Below the pieces are notes generated by a model. It worked only from the letters and a program-made list of their open reading frames with translations. It was not told the origin of the DNA and made no database searches. Source: Octopus sinensis (Eukaryota). Taken from it: a stretch of DNA of 64,000 nt. Position 1 is the first letter of the stretch. Each line of letters starts with the position of its first letter. The translations under genes were made by a program, and so were the position numbers. Shown here piece after piece: positions 21,613 to 34,493 of the stretch. Where the stretch lies: the NCBI RefSeq assembly GCF_006345805.1, contig NC_043002.1, positions 77,128,001 through 77,192,000 on the forward strand, given 5' to 3'.

Positions 21613-24191
21613 AAGGGTGTGAATGGTATGGAAGATGTCCCCAGTCAAGATATGCCAGTCTTGTCTCTTTCAATAGTAAGAAAGCACAAACACTACTGAT
21701 AACAAGAAAACATAATTACACCACACAGTATGTCTCAGTATCATTGGTATAGGCTCTAGTCATCATCATCATCATCACCATCATCATCATCTTCATCATT
21801 TCTACTACTACCACTACCACCACCATTACAACCATTCATGTATAGGATGCTTTATAAGGATATGGAAATTTTTCAGCAGTAAGGTATATGCATCCATATA
21901 TCTACCCCTATCTACTCCGATTCTAAGCCCCTATACAGTTGTTTGACTTGCAAGGAATAAGAGCTAGATCTCCTTCAAATTACATCCTACCACCTATGAA
22001 AAGAAGGACATATTAGTTATCTAATTCTGAATAAAAAGACATACTAATTCTGAATAAAAAAAAAAAAACAGGATGATCACAAATGAAATGTTTTGCATTA
22101 TAGGTATACTCAAAAGGGCTGACCAAGGGCTAACTCCCCCGCCCCCACTCCACATCTCCATTTATTTTATTGACTCTCAAAAGAATGGAAAGCAGAGTTG
22201 GCCTCAATGGGATTTGAGCTCTGAATGTAAATGGCTGTAACCTAATACCACAATGTCTTTTTTTTTTCTAACCACTGCTTAACTATTTCTGCTAAGCCAC
22301 TACCAATTATTTCTTGTGCAATATTTTACTCCAACCCCAATTTGGTTACCTAGGAAACAGATTCTATTATCTTTAATGGACCATAGCATTTTACAACATA
22401 AAGCTTTTGCATTTAATACAATCCAGTCCTTGTTAAACATTAAAACGTTTAAAGAGAATAAAAGAAAAGAAAAATTTTCTATTTTTCTAAAACAAAATGT
22501 TAATGCACTATATAAAAAAAATCATATTTGGTTTACAATTGTGGAAGGGAGACAACCCAAATTATGGCTGTCAACTTTATTTGCAGCTGTGTTGTTTTTT
22601 ATTTTCATTTGGAAAATTATCAACTAAAAGTTGACCCGAGTAATTGGTCACTGTTATGCTAAACTCTAGTTCACATTTTGTGGTTTTTGATTATAACATA
22701 TTTTTATATTTGTTTGCAATTGAATTCATTAAACTATGTATTTTCTTAATCTTCACTGAGAGCAGGGAACAAGCATAGCTAAAAGAAGGACAGGGTGGAG
22801 CAGCTTGCCTTGGGCAGCATTTTTATGGAGTGACACATTTGAAGTGTATTATGTTCTGTTTTTTTTTTTTGTTTTTTTTTGTGGGAGGTGGTCTGAAAAC
22901 ACAAAAAATCACTCTGTGTTGTACAAACTCTAGTTATGCCAAATGGGGAAGGAAGGCCTATTGTTTAACCCTCGGTCAACCTATTTTAGTATACCTTCGC
23001 TAAAAAGCATTTTATTTGTGATCATCATAACTAGGACTACATTATCTAATATGTCCTTCTTTTCATAAGTGGTAGAATGTAATTTAAAGGATATCTGGCT
23101 TTTGCTTCAAGCAGATCAAACAACTGCTGTTTTATTATTTACTTATTGACTAGTAATGAGTTGGCAGAATTGTTAGCACACCAGTTAAAATGCTTAGTGG
23201 CATTTCATTTGAGTTCAAATTCCAATGAAGTCAACTTTGCCTTTCATCCTTTCAGGACAATAAAGTAAGTACCATTTGAGCACTGACGTCAATGTAATCG
23301 ACTTTCCCAAAAATTTCAATTCCTGAGCATATGATGGAAAGAAGTATTTACTTATTGACTGAGATGAGGAAGAGCAGTGTGCATGAACCATTTCTGGGCC
23401 CTTGTGACTGGTGGGAGGGAGGGGAGAAGTTATCATTAGTCCAGAGACTTGACTCAAATGCTTCCAACAAAGTGGACTCTGCCAAAGGAAACTAGGATTA
23501 AACTTGGTGCTGGATTCAACTTATCACTCAATAACTGGAATGGACCCCCCCCCCCAGACAGGCTTCTGCATAGTTTCTATCTGCCAAAGTTCACTCATAG
23601 GGCTTTGATTGACCCAAGGCTTTAGTTGAAGCACATTTTCCATTTTCATAGTATCACATACTAGAATCGAACCTGAAAGTATCTAGTTTCAAAGCGCACT
23701 TGTTACCCACACATCCATGTGCACAGTAGCAATAGAAGACAGTAAAAGGATAACAGTAAATAATTACAAGGTGTTTGTTACAACTAGGTTGTTTACTAGA
23801 TAGAGAATAATAGTGGCATTTCTGTTTTCTTTTCCTTCATTCTCCTTTAAGAATGACATACTAGATGACAAAATACAAACGAATAAAAGTATGAATCAGA
23901 AGCAGAAATTACAATATTCTTAGACATAGCTTTCATATATTACTTGTGTATCCATAATACTTTCACTAAAGCTGATAAAACCTTGTGTTTTGTTAATAGC
24001 ATAAAATACATGGATATACATTAAGACTTTCTACAGAATCTCAATGACTGCATCAATAAGATTTACTGCAGTTGCTATCTTTATATCAGAAAAAAAAAAT
24101 ATTGAGTATTTGTAAATTCTTGTCTCTGTCTCATTGAGAAATCTTTATCCAGGCTTTAATTATATTCAGATCATTTTATGTTGTTCTTTAC

Positions 24192-24310
24192 TTGTTAGCT
24201 TCAGTAAGACAAACATCAATAAACGACTTGTCCAGATTGCTGGACTCCATCTTCTGTTTAATATGCACAGTCATGAGTTTGTCAAAGATTGTCCTGCAAA
24301 ACCTTCTCAG
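24192..24310 (-). CDS. Exon of unidentified gene (LRRFCRTIFDKLMTVHIKQKMESSNLDKSFIDVCLTEAN), phase 0 to 2
   Basis: Acceptor ctaatcaatattaaag| and donor aa|gtaaag; 119 nt open. Confidence 0.6.
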
Positions 24311-24716
24311 CTTTAATATTGATTAGTGGCTACTACTGAAAATTCTGTTAATGATATATCAATGTCTTTGTCATGTTATAGCTCTTGTGACTATTTATAT
24401 TGGTTCAAATTGAAGACTTGAATACATTCATTTTCACTCTATTGATATGGAGACAAGGATTTCATTAATTTACACCCCAAGATGTTATTGTTCATCAACA
24501 TGCCCTGGCCTCTGACCCCAAGAAAAAGAAAATATATGAGAATCTATTTTCTTTTTCTAACTCCATTATTGTGGGCCTCTCCTCTTCAGAGCAGCTGGTC
24601 TCAAGCCACCTCCTAAGGCATTCTTTGACACACTTGTCTCTCCTTTTCTTGTCCATCCTCCAATGTGCTGCACTAGCTACTACAACCAGTTCTTTCTCCC
24701 TGAAACTTCAACTCAC

Positions 24717-24843
24717 TGGAATTATCTTCTTGCACATGTTTTTCCTGCTAGTGTTGTCATGCAACAACTGAAGAAAAACATTGATTACATCAATCTCTAC
24801 AGTCTCAGATATCCTGCAATGGCCATGAGCAAAGCTTCTTTCT
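24717..24843 (-). CDS. Exon of unidentified gene (ERSFAHGHCRISETVEIDVINVFLQLLHDNTSRKNMCKKIIP), phase 2 to 0
   Basis: Acceptor ttacttgtttgatctag| and consensus donor cca|gtgagt; 127 nt, only this frame is open. Confidence 0.65.
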
Positions 24844-25270
24844 CTAGATCAAACAAGTAAAATTAATAATAAATATATTTCTGTTAGACCATGTTAAACC
24901 TCATTTAATACAGTCTTATGTTGTAATAAATATTTGGGTTTCTGCACTTTCTATTCTTTGCTTCGAGAGGCAATGTTGGTTTCAAATTTTGGCACAAGAC
25001 CAGCAATTTCAAAAGAAGGGTAAGTCAGTTACATCAACCCCCAGTACTTAACTGGTACCAATTTTATCGACTCTAAATGGATGAAAGGCAAAGTTGACTT
25101 AAGTAGAATTTGAATTCAGAACGTAAAGAAGGATGACATGCCACTCACAAGGCTTTTTGTTGGCCAGAGGTTACAGTAGAAAGCACTTGCCCAAGGTGCC
25201 ATGCAGTGGGACTGAACCCAAAACCATGTGGTTGAGGAGCAAACTTCTTACTACACAGTCACACCTGCAC

Positions 25271-25316
25271 CTGTTGCAGTGTCTCCCAGGTTTCTTTGAG
25301 CATGAGATTACAGCAG
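25271..25316 (-). CDS. Candidate exon (AVISCSKKPGRHCN), phase 1 to 2
   Basis: Acceptor gatttgtttgagatttcag|. The donor ag|gtgcag coincides with the head of a SINE C copy. Phase bridges both neighbours. Confidence 0.35.
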
Positions 25317-26074
25317 CTGAAATCTCAAACAAATCTTATTTTAGATATATATATTTATATATATATATATACACAAAATTCTCTTAAGTATGTAATTCTT
25401 TTACTTTTCAATATGTTCTCATCAGAGCCAAGAATATAGAATGAGTCAATCGATATATTTTTGTTACACTCCTTTTGGAAATGAAATCCCAAATTTATCT
25501 TACTAGTTTTCTCTTAATCATGAATGTTCTTCAGGTTATAAATCAGATTTCTTTTTCCCTCCCCAACTTGTCCCTCTGTTTTTTATTTTTACATGTATCT
25601 TTCTATAAATTTATTTCCTTTCTATGTGTTTTTATCTGTCTATCTATGTTTCTTTATTTAGTATATCCGTTTGTCTACCTTGGTAACTATATCATTTTAC
25701 ATCTCTCCCCTTCTTTCCCTCTCTCTCTCCTCCTTCCCCATCTCTCTCTCTCTTCTCCATCCTCTCTCCCCCTTCTCTTTCATTCCCTCTCTCCATCTTC
25801 ATCAATTTATCTACTGTTGCCCAAGTTCGTCTACCCTACCTCTTCTACTATTCACATAATTTTGTGCAGCACTTCAGCATAGACAGAAATGCAAGAATTT
25901 AGTCCCTTTCCAAATAAGGAAAGCATGAATCACAAAAACACCCACCAACATACTACATAACCCTGATTTAAATTACTAAAATGTTCTTCAACCAATTATT
26001 TCAAAGTATTTTATCATAGTTCATTCCCCAATTTCTTAGGTTAAGGTTATCTTTTTCCTATTACTATACCTTTT

Positions 26075-26392
26075 ATCTTTCACTTGTTTCAGTCTGTGGT
26101 CATGCTTTGGCACCACCTCGAAGGGTTTAGTTGAAGAATTTGGTCCCAGTACTTACTTTATTTTAAACCTAGCTGGTACTTATTCTATCAGTCTCTTTTG
26201 CAAATCTAGTAAGTTAGAGGGACTTGAACACACCATCACCAGTTGTCAAGTGATGATAGGGGACAAACACACACAAACACACATATACAGGCTTCTTTCA
26301 GTTTCTGTCTACAAAATCCACCCACAAGGTTTTGGTCAGCCTGCATCCCTCATAGTAAACACTTGCCCAAGGTGCCATGCTGCTTCTTACCA
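26075..26392 (-). mobile_element. SINE family C, diverged
   Basis: Family body and tail. Confidence 0.75.
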
Positions 26393-26544
26393 CATAGCAA
26401 TGCTTTGTGCTTCTAGTATAATTGCCTCCCTGATGAGCGACTGAACCATGGTCTCCTGAATAACAGGTGCAGATATTTACCACTATACTACCAAAAGACT
26501 GGCTACATTAACAATTCAGCTCTAGAATTTTGTGCAGAAGGAAT

Positions 26545-27480
26545 CAAATGTTCTTTTCTAATCTAGGCACAAGGCCCGAAATTTTGGGGGAGAGGACCAG
26601 TTGATTAGAACAACTGCAGTACATAACTGGTACTTAATTTACCAACCCCGAAAGAATTAAAGGCAAAATCGACCTCAGCAGAATGAGATGGAATCAAATA
26701 TTGACGGTTAAAGAGTGAATATGGGGACAAATAGTTTATTATTCTTCAGCTGGTAGAAGCATTAGCACACTGGACAAAATGTGTGGCAGCTTTTCTTCTG
26801 GTTCTTTATGTTCTGAGTTCAAATCCTGTTGTGGTTAACTTTACCTTTCATCCTCCTGGGATTGATAAAATAAAGTACCTGTTGAGAATTGGGGTCAATG
26901 CAACTGACTGACCCTCTCCCCTAATATTGCTAGCCTTGTGCTGAAATTTGAAATTATTATTCTTCAGTGTTGAAATGCAAATAGTTTATTCATCATCATC
27001 ATCATCATCATTTAATGTCCATTGTCCATACTGGCATGGGTTGGACTGTTTGACCAGGGCTGGCAAGCTGGAAGGCTGCACCAGACTCCAGTCTAATTTG
27101 GCATGGTTTCTATGGCTAGATGCCCTTCCTAACGCCAACCACTCTGAGAGTGTAATAGGTACTTTTGCGTGTCACTGGCACAGGTACCATTTGCATGACA
27201 CCAATATCTGCCATGACTGTGATTTAACTTGATTTGATGGGTCTTCTTCTCAAGCACATTATAATCTTTTCTATTCTAGGCACAAGGCCTGAAATTTTGG
27301 GGGAGGGCACCAGTTGATTAGATCAACTCCAGTATGCAACTGGTACTTAATTTATCAAACCTGATAAGATGAAAGTCATAGTCGACCTTGGCAGAATTTG
27401 AACTCAGAATGTAAAGTCAGATGAAATACTACTAAGCATTTCACCCAGCATGCTAACATTTCTGCCAGCTCACTGCCTTT
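26545..27480. mobile_element. SINE cluster: D (-) 26545-26690, D (+) 26745-26960, RTE-tail (-) 26990-27220, D (-) 27265-27480
   Basis: Family motifs as elsewhere in the window. Confidence 0.75.
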
Positions 27481-27887
27481 CTCAAGCACAGCATAATGCA
27501 AATGGTCTCAGACATTCATCATTGCCTCCATGAGGCCCAACATTCTAAAGGTGTTGGTCATCCAGGCTGCAACAGAGCAGGTGATAAGTGGGCCTGTTGG
27601 CACAGTCCTACAGATTTGAAGGGGGCTACTTTCCCTTGGTGGAAGCAAAAGTATTACCTTTTCTATAAATCTTTCTAGTTCTTAGATTCAATTGCCTGTT
27701 AAGATTCAATTGCTTGTTATTTGTAAGTACATATCCATGTATATACCCATAATCCAATTATATATGTATATACCCATAACCTATACATAATTCATGTATA
27801 TTTAGCACTTGCAATTAGTTTGAAACGGGACCTTCATTTTACACATGGCCCAGGCCTAATGTCAGCTTTTCATGATCTGAACATCAC

Positions 27888-27962
27888 CTGTTCTTTCTTT
27901 CTTAGCAAGTTTACTGATTAATGGTGAAAGGCTTGATATGAAAATTCCTTTCTTGCTGGCTC
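27888..27962 (-). CDS. Exon of unidentified gene (ASKKGIFISSLSPLISKLAKKERT), phase 1 to 1
   Basis: Long pyrimidine tract ending ctatgttccag|; donor cag|gtgatg; the other two frames are closed. Confidence 0.5.
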
Positions 27963-28339
27963 CTGGAACATAGGTGATTCAGACAGTGAGAGGAGAGTCA
28001 AAGAAAAAGAAAAGGAAACAAAGAAAGAAAGAAAGCGTGAGGGAGAGAGAGAGAGAGAAAGTCTCTGGTATTTATCAACTTCAAAAGAATGAAAGGCAAA
28101 GTTAACCTTAGTGGGATTTGAACTCAGAAAACAAAGGATTGGAACAAGCACTAAAAAGTATTCTGTCTGCTGCTTTTACACCCCTGCTAATCTGCCACCT
28201 TGTTACCACTTATGATATTCATCAATCTACTTATCTAATTTCCAAACAGACAAAAGGAAAAAAAAATGTTAGATCTGATAGAATCAAAGTATGGAACCAT
28301 GTGGTTGCTATTTCAATGCTTTACTAATGAGCTACTAAC

Positions 28340-28383
28340 CTGATTTTAAAATGTTTGGAGAAACATTGATTATGTTTTCCTTA
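28340..28383 (-). CDS. Exon candidate (KENIINVSPNILKS), phase 2 to 1
   Basis: Acceptor ttgtttgtgatatacag| and donor cag|gttagt. Confidence 0.45.
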
Positions 28384-28395
28384 CTGTATATCACA

Positions 28396-28431
<36 letters not shown>

Positions 28432-29131
28432 AGGATGGTTTTGTTTTATTATTTAGTGAGACATAATAGAGAAAAGAATCTTGTTAGTTGATTTAAGTTA
28501 CATATTCACTTATTGCAACAATCAAGGAGGCGACATCATGTCGAGTTAATTAGGGGTCACTCATTTCAGTTAAGTCATGGGAACTACTTTTATAAGTGAG
28601 ATACAAGCTAAATATAAGGGTGGATAGTTGTTAACTCATTAGCAACATTTTCTTCCCTGGTTAAAAAGAGTAAAAAATAAAGTTGTTTTTCTTATTGTGT
28701 TCACAAAGTGGTTAAAATACTGAAACAAATTAAACTTCATTTAAAGTCAAACTGACATATGTTAATTGTAATTCTCAGTTGTATAGTTATTTATTTTTAA
28801 GGTCATATGTAGAGAAGGTCACCAAATGTCATTCATGGTGAAAGTTGTGATGGGCTAATTGTAATTATTCTGTTGAGCATTTAATGTTTTATTTCAAAAA
28901 CCAAGTTTTTAGAAATGAGTCAAGAAGACTAGTCTTGCATTTTAAAGTTTTTCTATATTTAATCTAATTCTCAAATAATATTCAAAATGACAAAATTGAA
29001 CAATTTAAGAATTATCAGTAAGTCTTGAACTAATAGCAGATAGTTGCCTGGTACTTCCTTCCAGCAAACTGAATACTTTTATGCTAATGTTACATAGACT
29101 AGGAAGTCAGATAGTATATAGTTGAATATTC

Positions 29132-29340
29132 ACTCTTTTACTCTTTTACTTGTTTCAGTCATTTGAGTGTGGCCATGCTGGAGCACTGCCTTTAGTCAAA
29201 GAAATTGTCCCCAGGACTTTTTCTTTGGAAGCCTAGTACTTATTCTATCGGCCTCTTTTGCCAAACCACTAAGTTACGGGGACATAAACACACCAGCATC
29301 GGTTGTCAAATGATGTTGGGGGACAAACACAGACACACAA

Positions 29341-29403
<63 letters not shown>

Positions 29404-29560
29404 GCTTCTTTCAGTTTCCGTCCACCAAATCCACTCACAAGGCTTTGTTCAGCCCGAGGCTATAGTAGAAAACACTTGCCCAAGGTGCCACGCAGTGGGA
29501 CTGAACCTGAACCATGTGGTTGGTAAGCAAGCTACTTACCACACAGCCACTCCTGCACCT
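29132..29560 (-). mobile_element. Full-length SINE family C
   Basis: As 9622-10018. Confidence 0.9.
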
Positions 29561-30589
29561 ATTCAGTTTTTTTTTTTTTCATTGCTATGGTTTAATTTTC
29601 TAAACACAATGCCAACAGGAACATCAAAAAATTTGTCCACAAGGAAACTTTTGGCATTATTCCAAAATTAAATGAAACAGCACTTCTGTTTGGAATGAAA
29701 GGGTCATATATATCTTCAAGTTAATGCTGTCATTAATGAAAGTGATACGGTTCCCTAAACAGCAACAGAGTATGACACATCTAAGGAAATGGATACTACT
29801 ATAATAGAATGTTTGCCATATAAAATGGTATTTGGCTATAAAATCTTCCACTTCAATTAACGGACTTTTAAAATACTAAATATAATACAACAATAGTTGG
29901 AAGGTTATAAAGCAGTGTACTTGTGACTTCAGGTTAAAACCTTGTAGATGTAGTATCCTGGTACTAGATAAGACATATTTAGTCTGTTAGCTGGAAATAA
30001 GTTTCATTGCCAGCCATATTGATTGCTTAAAGGAAACTCAGCAGCTTCAATAATTCACATACACATATGATATATGTGTATATGAAAAAAACTATCCTAA
30101 TCATAGCAGCATACAATAATACAAGTGAAATGATAAATGGAAATGTTTCTATAAATATCTTGGTTGGTTTAAACAATGAGATTTCAGTTGTTCAATCAAC
30201 TGATTTCCTACTCATTGAATTAACATGTGAGCGACTGAGCATTCCATAGACACTTGCACCCTTAATGTAATTCTCAGGCAGTATCAGTATGATACAGTGT
30301 ATGGCCTTTGAATTATGGGTACACTCCAACCAACAGGCTTTTTTGCAGTTTCCTTCTACCTAATTTCACTCACAAGGCTTAGGCTGGTCAGATGCAATGT
30401 TAAAAGGTAACTGCCCAAGACGCCATACAATGGGATTGAACCCCAAACTTATTGGGTGCAAAGCAGACTTCTAAACATTTGACCGTACTGTGTCCATGAA
30501 CATCTCTATACAAGCTATGTAAACAGCATATATAAAATGAAGTGGTTCTCAATCATTTATTATTGTAATTGGTTTTATCAAATCATTAA

Positions 30590-30810
30590 GCCTTTAGCAC
30601 TTAAACTGACCGTATCTGGCCAAAATATCTTACCTGTTTTATGTTCAAACTATCAAGATTTGACCTCTTACACCTACCCTACAATGTCATTCTAAAAATA
30701 CACAATTACATCATCGAAATTTCAAATCTACAAGATAATGCATGATAAATTTAAAACAATGTGAAATAGATAATTATCAAATTTAACAGAGTAATTTGGA
30801 TGCTAAAGGG
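30590..30810. mobile_element. piggyBac-like MITE (CCCTTTAGCA termini, TTAA context)
   Basis: ttaagcctttagcac...tgctaaaggg; same family as 37895-38106. Confidence 0.7.
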
Positions 30811-31099
30811 TTTGTCCTCTGTGACTATTTTTGGTAAAATTTAGGTAAAACAATTGGGTAAAAATTTAGATAAAAACAATAGCATCTGATACTTGCCATG
30901 TGGAAATATTCCTGTTTTTGCTAGCAGAAAATATTGTATTCTAAATATAAGCATAATAATATTCATGGACATTTTACATCTTATCAAATATTTCAAAAGT
31001 AAAAGATTTTGTCCTTACAATTCTTTCACTATTCCACTATGACCCACAGGTCAATAATTATTCTCTATAGTGTTAAGCATATGAAGGATAAATATTTCT

Positions 31100-31387
31100 T
31101 GTGACCTGACTTTTCATCTAATGTCACTTTGTCCAACGTCACTTCGTCCACTCCTTTTAGTCAAATGTCTTTTTGTCCAATGAATTTTTTGTCCAATGAC
31201 TTTTTGTCCAACTTTAAATAAACTCTTTAGAAAACAAGGTGAACATCAAAATCAAATAATCATAGAGAATGTTATTGATAGGATTTGTCATTGGACAAAA
31301 AAATCATCAGACAAATAGATGTCAGACCAAAAGACATGGACAAAAAGATGTTTGACGAAGTGACGCCAGACGAAAAGACATAGCACC
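31100..31387. mobile_element. Foldback/Mutator-like MITE with perfect 9-bp TSD aatatttct
   Basis: TSD at 31091-31099 and 31388-31396. Arms are built of tttgtccaa(t/c)g-type subrepeats in inverted orientation. Confidence 0.75.
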
Positions 31388-31429
31388 AATATTTCTACCT
31401 CTTTGATAGAATATGAATTTGTTATCATA

Positions 31430-31625
31430 GACAGCATTTTGGGAGTGGTTGGCATTAGGAAGGGCATCCAGCCATAGGAACTATGCCAAATCAGACTGGA
31501 ACTTGGCGCAGTTCCCCAGCTAACAAGTTTCCTGTCAAACTGTCCAATCCATACCGGCATGGAAAATGGACGTTAAAGGAGCAGGAGGAGGAGGATGACG
31601 ATGACGACGACAACGACGACGACTG
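31430..31625 (+). mobile_element. Short RTE-tail element
   Basis: ggagtggttggcattaggaagggcatccagc...ggacgttaaa followed by a (GAG/GAC/GAT) tail. Confidence 0.8.
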
Positions 31626-32099
31626 TAAAACAAAACATTACTTGACCTTAAGATACTCATCAATTCAGCTGTATTGCCACTGTTGGAAATAGTGCATTAC
31701 ATCATTCACAGTATATACCATGTAGGTGGACTAAAGCTTGATGGACTTAGCTATTGATACTCCAGTTTCTGGTCTACCAATGTGTTGTCTCTTCCCTATG
31801 CACTTCTAATTTATTTGTCTCTCCTTTTCTTGTCACCCACATTATGTCCACGCCCCGCCCCCCACCGGATTCTACACTGTTGAGTGTTCCATGTTCTTCA
31901 TTCCAAAAACATCGTTCCTCAAGAATTTGATCTCTGCTCATGTTATTTCTGCAACCATTGACTTGAATTGTTCAAAAGGGAGCATTAACCATGTTGACTC
32001 TCTCTGCTCTCTGACAGCCAACAATGTCCATTGGAACATCCTCTTTTTTTTCCTGATGAAAACAATTTAAAAAACAAATGAAGCCAAGTAATTTTGACC

Positions 32100-32215
32100 A
32101 CACACACCACACACCACCACCACTACCACCACCACTACCACCACCACTGCTGCCACCACCACCACCACTGCTGCCACCACCACCACAACAACAGCAGCAG
32201 CAGCAACAACAACTC
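32100..32215. repeat. (CCA)/(CAG/CAA) trinucleotide repeat
   Basis: Direct inspection. Confidence 0.9.
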
Positions 32216-32680
32216 AGAAGCAGTGATAGGACACGCATTGCTAATCTAGCCACTAGTTGTCCAGCAGTTTAATCGATTCAACTATATCTCACCAAACATT
32301 GTTGAAATTGTACAAAATAGGATTAAATAGATTTGTATAAAATCATCATAGCACAGAAAAATGGACGTGACAAACATGAAATCTTCATCTGTTGCCATTC
32401 ATCTCAATTAGAAGCAATTCCTGTAAGTTAGTTAAAAAGTAATATACCAAATCTATAGAGGAACTTTTCTTGCACAGAATACATAATGAGTGGAATTAAA
32501 TGGAATTGTGTACTGCAGACAACCAACCAATTCCAGAATAATAGTCATGGATAAATACTAGGGAAAAAAAATGTGATGTCATTGTAAGCAAGTCGAAAGG
32601 TTTATTACTAATAAATCAGCTCCTATAGGCCAATGCTTCACAGACTGGACAAGAGGTAAAATAGTAGTTTGGCAATGGAA

Positions 32681-32681
<1 letters not shown>

Positions 32682-32713
<32 letters not shown>

Positions 32714-32845
32714 GTGGCGGCGGCGGAGGCGGCGGAGGCGGCGGCGGAGGCGGCGGTTGTGGTGGAGGAGGTGGTGGTGGAGGAGGAGGAGGTGGTGTTG
32801 GAGGAGGAGGAGGTGGTGGTGGAGGAGGAGGAGGTGGTGGTGGCC
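32682..32845. repeat. Compound (GAT)(GGC)(GGA/GGT) trinucleotide repeat
   Basis: Direct inspection. Confidence 0.9.
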
Positions 32846-33059
32846 TACTGCTGCTAATGCATAGTTGTTTTATGCTGGTTATTCCTTGCCATTGAGATCA
32901 AATCTTAATGTAACAGTATCTTCCCCTTCAGTTCTCAATCTGGTGTCAGTCCACCATTGTTTGTAAGGCACTTTTCTTTACATTACATTACTCCTTGTTG
33001 TGTTACATATGAGACCCTCCTTGGATAGTGTCAATAAGAAATCTTTTCATCTGCACTTC

Positions 33060-33640
33060 CCTAAGGCTTGGCCTTCTAATCTGTGAGCTTTACAAATGCT
33101 ACTGCAGATCCACTAGGGATCCTTTCAGCCTCCACTCATTGTCATGTCATCATAGTGCTAGCTGCCTTTGATGTCATGCTGCCCTTAACAAAATCATAAA
33201 ACATGGCCTTGATGCCAGTGATTTCCCTTCCCAGCTTGGGTCAGTGGGGCTAGACCAAGGGGATGGTAAAAAGCCTGATGATATGACAATTATCCCGTTC
33301 CAGAGTAGTAGTCCCTTCATCTGGGATGCCACATGCTATAACACCACCTCCAATGGCAACTTGGTGTGCTCAGCTACCAGCCCAGGCTCTGCTGCTCATC
33401 AGATTGAGAAAAGCAAACTGTCACAGTATCAGGTTTATGGTTGAGCTTGTGGCAGAGGAGACCTCTGATGTTCTTGGCCCCTGGACCATACCCCTGCTTA
33501 CCACTGTTGGGGCAAAGATAGCTAACCACAAGTGCAAGCCCCATGAGTCAAAATGGCTATTGCAGCACATCTCCCTCACCATCTTTTGAGGGAATACCTT
33601 TTCTGTTTTGTCTGCTGGAACTATGCGGTGGTCTAAATAA
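33060..33640 (+). mobile_element. Fossil C-terminus of a CRE-type non-LTR retrotransposon (CCHC knuckle plus restriction-like endonuclease)
   Basis: SLRLGLLICELYKCYCRSTRDPFSLHSLSC...HAALNKIIKHGL...GLDQGDGKKPDDMTIIPF...IWDATC...GSAAHQIEKSK and VAEETSDVLGP...WLLQHISLTIF*GN. This follows the R/KPD...WD..C...K..KY and QRLSLAIQRGN motifs of CRE-clade elements. Confidence 0.8.
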
Positions 33641-34262
33641 CAAAAAATCAAGAGAATATAAGTATTTCATAGCTTACTCCATGTAATTACTTATATTTCA
33701 ATTTACTTATTGAAAAAGTCAATGTTTAACATTAAGAAGTTTTTCTTTGGGAACTAGTTACTAGAAGCCACTCACCACTCCTTTCTTTTTCCCTTCTCTG
33801 TAAAAAAGAGTACTGTGAATGGTAACCTACAGCCTTTCCCATTGTGCAATATTGCCAATTCAGGTGAGAGATGAATTGACTACTTCCTCTCCAGTACTTT
33901 TAACCCTTTCAATACAGACTCACTTGAAATTGCCTCTGGCTTTGGCACTAAACTTTTCATTTTAAACCATTCATATTTTTGTTGAACCTCTCCATCATAA
34001 TATAATTTTATGTAAGACTGTCTTTGCTAAGATATGTTCCAAACACCAACTTAATAACAGTTCCTAATTTAGGCACAAGACCAGCAATTTTATGGGAAGT
34101 GGAGCTAGTTGACACTATTGACCACTGTACTTAACTGGTATTTTATTTTATCAACCCTAAAAGAATGAAAGATGAGTTTGAACCTGACAGGATTTGAACC
34201 CACTGTGTAATGAGCCAAAAGAAATACCACAAAGGCAATTTTTCTGATTCTCTAACAATTCT

Positions 34263-34493
34263 TATTTCTTTATTGCCCACAAGGAGCTAAACATAGAGGG
34301 GACAAACAAGGACAGACAAAGGGGCTAAGTCGATTAGATCGACCCCAGTGCGCAACTGGTACTTAATTTATCAACCCTGAAAGGATGAAAAGCAAAGTCG
34401 ACCTCAGCGGAATTTGAACTCAGAACGTAACGGCAGACCAAATACTGCTAAGCATTTTGCCCGGCGTGCTAACGTTTCTGCCAGCTCGCCACC
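34263..34493 (-). mobile_element. Young SINE D with perfect 15-bp TSD, nested in an older SINE D (34065-34530)
   Basis: ttctctaacaattct at 34248-34262 and 34494-34508. Confidence 0.9.

Noticed and set aside
32078-32272. Poly-Pro/poly-Gln ORF, and poly-Glu/Arg/Asp ORFs at 32669, 52668, 53392 and 58180
   Set aside because: These consist of simple repeats only, with no convincing splice or domain context.
32352-32422. Plus-strand exon QKNGRDKHEIFICCHSSQLEAIP|gtaagt
   Set aside because: The acceptor is weak, and the same bases form a strong minus-strand acceptor whose frames are all closed; unresolved.
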